A DNA stretch of 53,176 bases, counting the filler, from Sphacelaria rigidula (Eukaryota): NCBI GenBank assembly GCA_964200075.2. It is 3 parts of 3 records of this genome, joined end to end, with 100 filler letters (N's around TTAATTAATTAA, not from the genome) between each part and the next. Parts side by side here need not be neighbours in the genome. Positions count along the whole stretch, not along the records: positions 35,522 to 53,176 come from CAXNAA020001020.1; 2 more parts are not named here. The stretch is one strand, 5' to 3'. The notes beneath the pieces were generated by a model. That model had not been told where the DNA came from and searched no databases. It saw nothing but the letters and a program-made list of their open reading frames with translations. A program made the position numbers and the translations under genes. This document shows positions 46,740 to 53,176 of the stretch, one piece after another (within the stretch, counting starts at the first letter, position 1; each line of letters starts with the position of its first letter).

Positions 46740-48650
46740 GAAGTGTCGACGGTATACCGATGAAATATGTCGGATCCATTCGTTTGACCCGATGGTAAAA
46801 GAAAACACCGCACGACTCGAAGGCATGTTCAAAGTGCTAAAAGTAGCGTGGCTCTTGTTTTCTGAAGCCATCGACAGTACAGTTTGAACCAGAAGAGGTT
46901 GAATACCTTGGACGCACGCTGTGAGCAGGTGGTATCGGAATAGGAGACGACGAAACCGACCAACATCAAACAGTTACGTTCAGGTGCTTACAAGTCGGTT
47001 CAGGTTGAACGCACAAAATTTACACCCCGGGAATTCCCGTACGCAATTCTTGATCAGTATGCACAAATTTGGTATCGTAGGGAAGCCCAGGAGAAGATAA
47101 AGAGGGTGACATGGCTAGATTTTTGGGTTTGGCGGTGGGCTTGGCGCTACGGACGAAAAAGAGTATTAGCCAAGCAGAAGCCTTGAAAAATGGCCAGTTC
47201 CGCCGCATTTTGGTAATTTCGCCGCTGTTTTTTTAAACGCGGCGCAGCCGTTAGGTATTGTTTGATCTTGTTCTCAGCAACACACCTGCACACCAGCACA
47301 GCGGTACGCAACTAGAAGCGCGATGGCGACCCTACTACAACCCGTAGATGTCAATACACCAGCTGCCAAGCGTAAAGTGTCAACAATCAAGGTCATGCAG
47401 CATGTGCGCACACGAAAGTGGAAGCTGCGGTGCTTGGTACACACCCGCAAGGGAGCGACGGGTGTGCGGAAAGAGACCGGGGGATACCAATTGACGTTCC
47501 TACGATTTCTCATGGCCTGATTCGCAAGTTTGGTGCTCTCGGCGCGTGCTGTCTCAAATGATCGCCTGCACCTGGCGGAGGAAACAGGTCACCCTGTTTC
47601 GGGACCCCATGAAATCGGTCAAAAATCAACAGTCACAAAAAAAAAATCTCCCTCCTCGGGGGGGTCCAATCAACATTCGTGCAAATTTTCATGACCAAAC
47701 TCGACGAGATTGCAGTAGAACTGCTCATGTAAGCTTAAAAGAACCGCAAAAACACCCAAAGTATACTTTAATCAAGTAATATGGGGGGGCACGCAGACAT
47801 TTTCATACTTCAGCGTACGTTTTGGAATTTCCTCACGCCGTTTCTTCGAGTTAGATCACCAAATTTTGCAGACATGTTCTGGACGGCAAAATCTAAAAGT
47901 CGAAGAGGGGAGTTTTTTATTTTTTGTTTTTGTGACCGGTTATCCAGGGTCCTGGCTGGAGTACTTGACCGGGGGTGGGGGTCAGATCCCGGCTATCTCG
48001 ACAGCGAAGCCCCAAATAAATAAAGAAAAACTCTTCGGGTTTTAGATATTGCCTTCCAGAATATGTGTGCAAAATTTCGTGGTCTGACTCGAAAAAACGG
48101 CGTGAGGAATTCTCGGGGTGTAAATTTTGTGCGTTCAATCTGAACCAGCCTGTACTGCGATCAATATCAGCCTTTTTAAGAAAATGCACGAAACTTGGCG
48201 GGAGTAATTGCGTCGTTGGTAGGTCTTACAAGAAGAGCCCGCCAAGGAAATTGCGAAGCGTTGGAAATCTGAAGATAACGCAGCCTTCGCAAGAGGAAAG
48301 CGGCTCGTGACGAACGCTCTGGCATTACACTTGCCAGAGTTCTGATCAAGAGTTCACCATCCAAGTAGATGCGTCAGGAAGGTGCCGACGGGATGCTGCG
48401 ATTGTGGCATATTTCAGCCGTTTCGATCAACAAAAATTATGCAGTTGTACCAGCAATACAACAATGCGCTCCTTTTGGGGTGTCGACATTCTATACTTGT
48501 GTGAAGGACCATGCCGCACCGAGATATCTGAAAGATACAGGTCACAGAGCAACATGTTGAGTTAGTCGGCGACAAAACATCACGACTTCATGATGCAGCA
48601 CAAACCGGGAAAATTGAACATCTCGGGCACTTCGTCACAACTGCTGAAAG
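46740..48650 (+). mobile_element. Degenerate Ty3/Gypsy pol (RT + RNase H), split by a DNA-transposon insertion
   Basis: YTDE (46753-46764, decayed YxDD), RLEGMFKVL, FEPEEVEYLG, KPTNIKQLRS before 46990; then IAKRWKSEDNAAFARGKRLVTNA.LHLPEF, EFTIQVDAS, IVAYFSR, YAVV.AIQ, DHAAPRYL, HDFMMQHKPGKLN after 48155. Confidence 0.85.
46991..48152. mobile_element. Non-autonomous Tc1/mariner-like DNA transposon (TA TSD)
   Basis: TA at 46989-46990 and 48153-48154; ~45-bp TIR ca..tggttcag.ttgaacgcacaaaatttacacccc; extra inverted repeat 47825-47907/48031-48112. Confidence 0.85.
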
Positions 48651-49260
48651 TCGAGAAGGAACAAAGAAGTGAAACCCCTGCTCGCACCAACCTGTCGCAG
48701 TGTCCTAGAGGATCCCCATAGGACCCCGCGTTGCACACAACGAAGCCACGCCAGGTTTTTCGAATTTCAGCGGGAAAAATCGATAACTTGGAACCACGGT
48801 AGGGTGACAGAACTCCATTCATTCACCGTCAAGTCAACGCGCATGCAAGCGCAAAAAAATATTTTCATGACTGACGACAAGCAGAAATGGTGAACAGAAC
48901 AGCCAAGCGAATGTGGCTTATACATGCAGTCCAAGCTCATCACAGTGCACCACACCAATACCGTAAATAGACGTGGAGTTCCATATCCTGCGACGAGATT
49001 TCAGTCCAAGACGGTGTTTTTTTTCAAGTCTTCCTCTGAGGAAACGCCCACAACGCCGTTTCACTCTCGAGAGATGGGGCATCAACCAACGTTTCCGGTT
49101 CACGGTATCCCAGGTATTCCCAAGAAGAAACGCACTGCAAATGCTGAAGAGTACAAACGGGAATGGAAAACAAGTCGCAGCTTACGCTGAAGATATAGAG
49201 ATGAACATTTGAAAATGTGATAGCTCTAGGTGCGCATTAAAAGTGGGGGGCGGGGGGCGG

Positions 49261-49482
49261 TGTGGAGGTCACTGTAGTGGATATGTGGAGTGATAACTTG
49301 TATGGCATGTAAACCGGTGACGAGGCCAGCACAGGAGCAGGTCCAACCGTGGACTTAGCGAGAGGCGTGAAACTCTCATATCTGTACAACCGAATTTCCG
49401 CAACCCTAGGCATCAGGTCGCAACGGTACGAGAGCTCAATGTAACCAGAGCCACTGTCGAGCCCTGGAGCGTCAGTACAGCA

Positions 49483-49515
<33 letters not shown>

Positions 49516-49940
49516 CGCACTTTAACTGACCGCCCAGGGGTCCACCCGTGGTCTCATGATGGACGTACCCAACAAAAACGAAACTGAAACACGCTCTGAG
49601 AAAAAGAAGGGACATGGGAAAAAAAAGGAGGGGGGGTCGTAACAGAACGACGTAGCAGACTGAGTCGTAGCAAAAAAAATAGTAATAAAGAAAGTCAACA
49701 CAAGCAAAGCACAGGAAGAAATGGCCGAACTAAAACAAGAAAAGAAAAAAAGGGAAAAAAGAGGAAAAGTACAGAGCAAATAAAATACAATACAAAAAAA
49801 GCAAACAGCACAAGAACACAAGTATTCTGTACCTGGTGCAGGTTGATCTCAAGAGCCTACCCCTCAGGTCACGGCCAATCTTTGTCTAAATATCGAGGGA
49901 GGAAATCGTGTCTAACCTCGCGGTAAAGCACCGCTCCACT
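49261..49940 (+). repeat. Probable LTR of the Gypsy element, interrupted by a retroposon
   Basis: Purine tract aaaagtggggggcggggggcgg ends 49260; starts TGTGGAG and ends CTCCAC(t); followed by PBS-like tggcgacagtagtgagat (49942-49959). Confidence 0.6.
49482..49822 (-). mobile_element. (CAAT)n-tailed retroposon fragment
   Basis: (attg)x8 tail at 49483-49514; colinear with 1740-2048. Confidence 0.8.
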
Positions 49941-50470
49941 TTGGCGACAGTAGTGAGATAACTCGTACGCCGCATGAACAGCTCCCGGGTTCACATTCCG
50001 GCTCCCACCAAGAAGCCACTCTAAATTTCAGTGCGGGTAAAACAGTTGTAAAAATTGCGAGGCTCCAAACAACTGGTGGGTGGCTTCGAAGCAGAGTTCA
50101 CAGACTCATGGAAAAATATTCTGTAGATATGGTTGGCTTGGGAACCCAGCACACGGGGAGGATATGTGAAGAAGGGTGTACATTCTCACCTCTAGCCGGC
50201 AAAACAAAGTTACTCCTACGACCCTCTGCTGGGTGAAAATATTAACGAAAGGGCTCACAAAAGGGCGTTGTTATTTGGGTACCACCACATGGAGTAGGAA
50301 AATTCCTACATGTATCCGTCAACGAATTACCTTCTCGCATAGAGAACCAAAAGTTCTCAAGGTAGGGTACGGGTATGGGTACGAGCACGGCTCAGTGTTC
50401 GAGGTACTCTGGAGTACCCAATATGTCGTTCGGTCCATACTGCAGGTACCGTGGAATATTGGGTATTTTT

Positions 50471-51691
50471 TACACCCTGGCAGTGTTGTTCCTTTTCAAC
50501 GTTATGGAGGCATTGTACTGAAATTATAATTCATCATCCGCGGCGTCAATCGAAGACGGTCATACTCTGAGGCCTAGAATATGCTGAGACTAGAGACGGC
50601 GGACGTCCTTGGAAGAGAGATCTCCACACCAGCACTGATACCTTTCGCTAGAGACCAGCTTTCGCGCGTTTGACAGCCGGATGGGAAAGGATGCCTATCA
50701 CTACAAATGCAGAAAGCGTTAATTGCACGATATGTATCCGCGCAATTGTAAGTTGACACTGTGTGTTCCCAGTGCCAGTACAACATCAACATTAGTGTAT
50801 AACTGACTGTACGATGGAGCCACGCCTCGACAGGGCTAGAATACCCGCGATCCATTCGTGCAAAAAAAACAAATTGCAACTCGCACCCTGTTCTATTATG
50901 GAACCAAGTGAAAACTCTGCACAAGGGTGATCACGCGCCTGCCAGAGAAAGGTAAATATCTTCACGTGGGAGCATACTACGGAAGAATATCTGATTGATT
51001 TTGATACAAGAAAACTACAGCAACTGCCCCTGTCATTTTCAGACCGTCGTAGTAACGCCCAAGCTAGGTCTGGCACGATGAGGGAGGAGATGTTGCCCCC
51101 TGCCCGAGCAGGTTCGCAGTGGTCCTTGACAGAAGACAATCATCTCCTTGGCTGCGTTGTGGGGCTGCGTCTTGCTTGGCACGGCGTGTAAAACTCAGGG
51201 GCATCTGCCTCTAACATATGGAGAACCTAAAGTAGCGGTTTTTTTCCGGCCTTGGTGCCAGCCTCGATCAACAGAGGGGCAATATAAACAACAAGGATGG
51301 CAAGATCTACTCCTGTCTCCGCCCGGATTTCATACCGTCACCCTCTAGAACTGTCATCAGAAAGTGTTCTTGTTTNNNNNNNNNNGTTATTCCTTTTCAA
51401 AACGCCCTGGTTCACCGAAACTGCTGCGTCAAAACCTACCTGCGGCTTCAGTCCACACATACGTCAAGTTTCAGTATGATCAGACGCCTGGTGTACTGTG
51501 TTGGGGCGCCTAATCTCCAAAAATACCGCCTCCATAATATTGAAAAGGAATAACACTGCCTGGATATTTGATTACATTGCCAAAAAGTGTACTGCTTACA
51601 GTACGCAGTATATTGTATATCGCAATTAACGAGAGATTCCATACTGTACGCAGTGCACTTGTTGACAATGTAATCTGTTGTCCAGGTTGTG
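50471..51691. mobile_element. MITE family A copy split by an insertion in its left TIR
   Basis: tacaccctgg at 50471-50480, remainder at 51559-51691; flanks gtattttt/gtattttc. Confidence 0.7.
50481..51558. mobile_element. TIR element with 5-bp TSD (CCTGG)
   Basis: TIR cagtgttgttccttttcaacgttatggaggc / gcctccataatattgaaaaggaataacactg; cctgg at 50476-50480 and 51559-51563; contains a short N gap. Confidence 0.7.
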
Positions 51692-52771
51692 GTATTTTCG
51701 GCAGTTCATACTGCATGTACCCTGGGATACTAGGTATTGCAACACGTTAAGAACCCGGGGTATCCTGAAGCGTGGCACCCATCGTACGCGTCTTCGAGAA
51801 AAACGGACGACCCCGAATCGGTTGTGGGTATAGACCACGTGTAACTTTGGGAATTTCGATGAATGTGCATCGGCGTACGCGCAGAGCGGAATCTTATCTG
51901 ATTCCACATGCACGCCCCTACACTGTTATCTCACCCGGTGCACGTGGGGAATGTATACCTGGTGCGGGGTAGCTGTAGCCGATATCAGTAATAACCTTTA
52001 GAAGAAGGAAATTATTTCGCGAAACGACACGGTCGGGTGTACTTTGGCTCGGTTGGGCCGTGAACAGAAACGGCCGCGTCTCAGAAACGTTTGCACAACA
52101 CTGTGACATCTGGTTGAACGAAGCTGAGGTGTGGTGGCTGTTTCAGGCCTCGACCTTGACGTCTAATGCGCCAAATATATTTCGGAAATACTATCAACGG
52201 CTTATCTAAATGTAACACCGAGTGATAGCTAAAGCAAGTACCCCTACTCGTTTCGCCAGCACCACCCCCAATACCAACATACGGTGTAGTCTATGGTCCC
52301 GAACCCGCCTTAATGTCATTGTCCACAAAGCAGCTGTTTTTGACATATCCACAGCGGTCCGGCCCAGGGTGCAACTGGGGGGTTGTTGCGCCCGAGTGGC
52401 TCACCTCGGCCGGTCACCGACAGAAATTTCACCTGTCCATAATCTGATGACCCGGGACAGAAGACCCAGAAGTTGTACCTACGTCAGATCTGTACCCGAA
52501 TTTCGGACTGTCGGTGGCATAGATCACACCTGTCGACTATCTGATGTTGGCGGCAGGACAAGCCTCAGGTGTTTGTCAACTGTCACCTAAACGTCAACTG
52601 TCACTGACCACTTCTTTTCTCGGAAAGCAATGATCGCCGTACAAAACTGCCCAGGGTTCAAAAATATCCCGGAGGCTCCGTCTGCGCTAACGCAGACAAG
52701 AGCCGGAGGCGATAAGTGGCTGCAGCGTAGGATCGCCTCCTCGGGGGGGTGAGTACGCCCCCTCCCGCGTA

Positions 52772-53176
52772 CAGGCTGTTTGGTTCACGGAAAAGACCCA
52801 GAAAACACTTATCGGCAACACTTCACGCCATTCTAAGGAGTTCGACCCTGAAATTTGGCACAGGTGTTTTATGGGTCACTACGCAACTTTCCAAGAGCGA
52901 GTTTTTTTTTTAACTTTTTAACTTTTTTCACCGTTTTTACGGGGTCTCATTTTTTTCGGGAAAACTTTGATCAAGTCGGACCCCGGTAAAATGGTGAAAA
53001 CGGAGAAGAAAGTAAGAAGAAAACCTCGTTCATCCAAAGTTGCGCAATGGCCCATAGAACACCTGTGCAAAATTTCAGGGTCTTACTCCTTCAAACGGTG
53101 TAAAGTTTTCATACGTCGGACGAGTCATCACTCGTCGAGACGAGTGCACTCGTGGATGTTTTTCGCAAACACAACG
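52772..53176. mobile_element. Long hairpin MITE (TA-CAGGCTG start), right end at or beyond the window edge
   Basis: 52819-52890 pairs with 53037-53106; inner arms ttttcaccgtttttacggggtc / gaccccggtaaaatggtgaaaa. Confidence 0.8.

Noticed and set aside
46790..46870. Harbinger-transposase-like E.MFKVLK..W
   Set aside because: Context (YTDE before, EVEYLG after) identifies it as Gypsy RT.
48578..48650. Ankyrin-like LHDAAQTGKIEHL
   Set aside because: Another frame gives HDFMMQHKPGKLN, the end of Gypsy RNase H, consistent with the upstream motifs.

Overview
Eukaryotic, intron-rich, repeat-dense genomic DNA, most likely from a brown alga or related stramenopile (inference from long introns, TTAGGG-type repeats and the repeat families). 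Two spliced + strand genes can be reconstructed. (1) The last 11 exons (133-11087) of a PGM2-type phosphoglucomutase/phosphopentomutase have all four signature motifs and consistent splice phases; the 5' end lies outside the window. (2) A large uncharacterised gene (~18586-33770) encodes a coiled-coil protein with a C-x-C-x5-C-x-H motif, one GC-AG intron and a probable long low-complexity last exon. Most of the rest is decayed transposons: an RTE LINE, a second LINE family that appears to insert into C-tracts, a Ty3/Gypsy remnant with an LTR, tRNA-derived SINEs, and many MITEs or non-autonomous DNA elements (8-bp, 5-bp and TA target duplications), several nested. There is also a possible FNIP-repeat pseudogene and a decayed ORF with a weak BRO-N-like look whose in-frame stops are all TGA. 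Two 100-nt gaps carry an artificial TTAATTAATTAA spacer. I found no convincing new multi-gene system; the leads are mostly transposon biology and two unexplained proteins.
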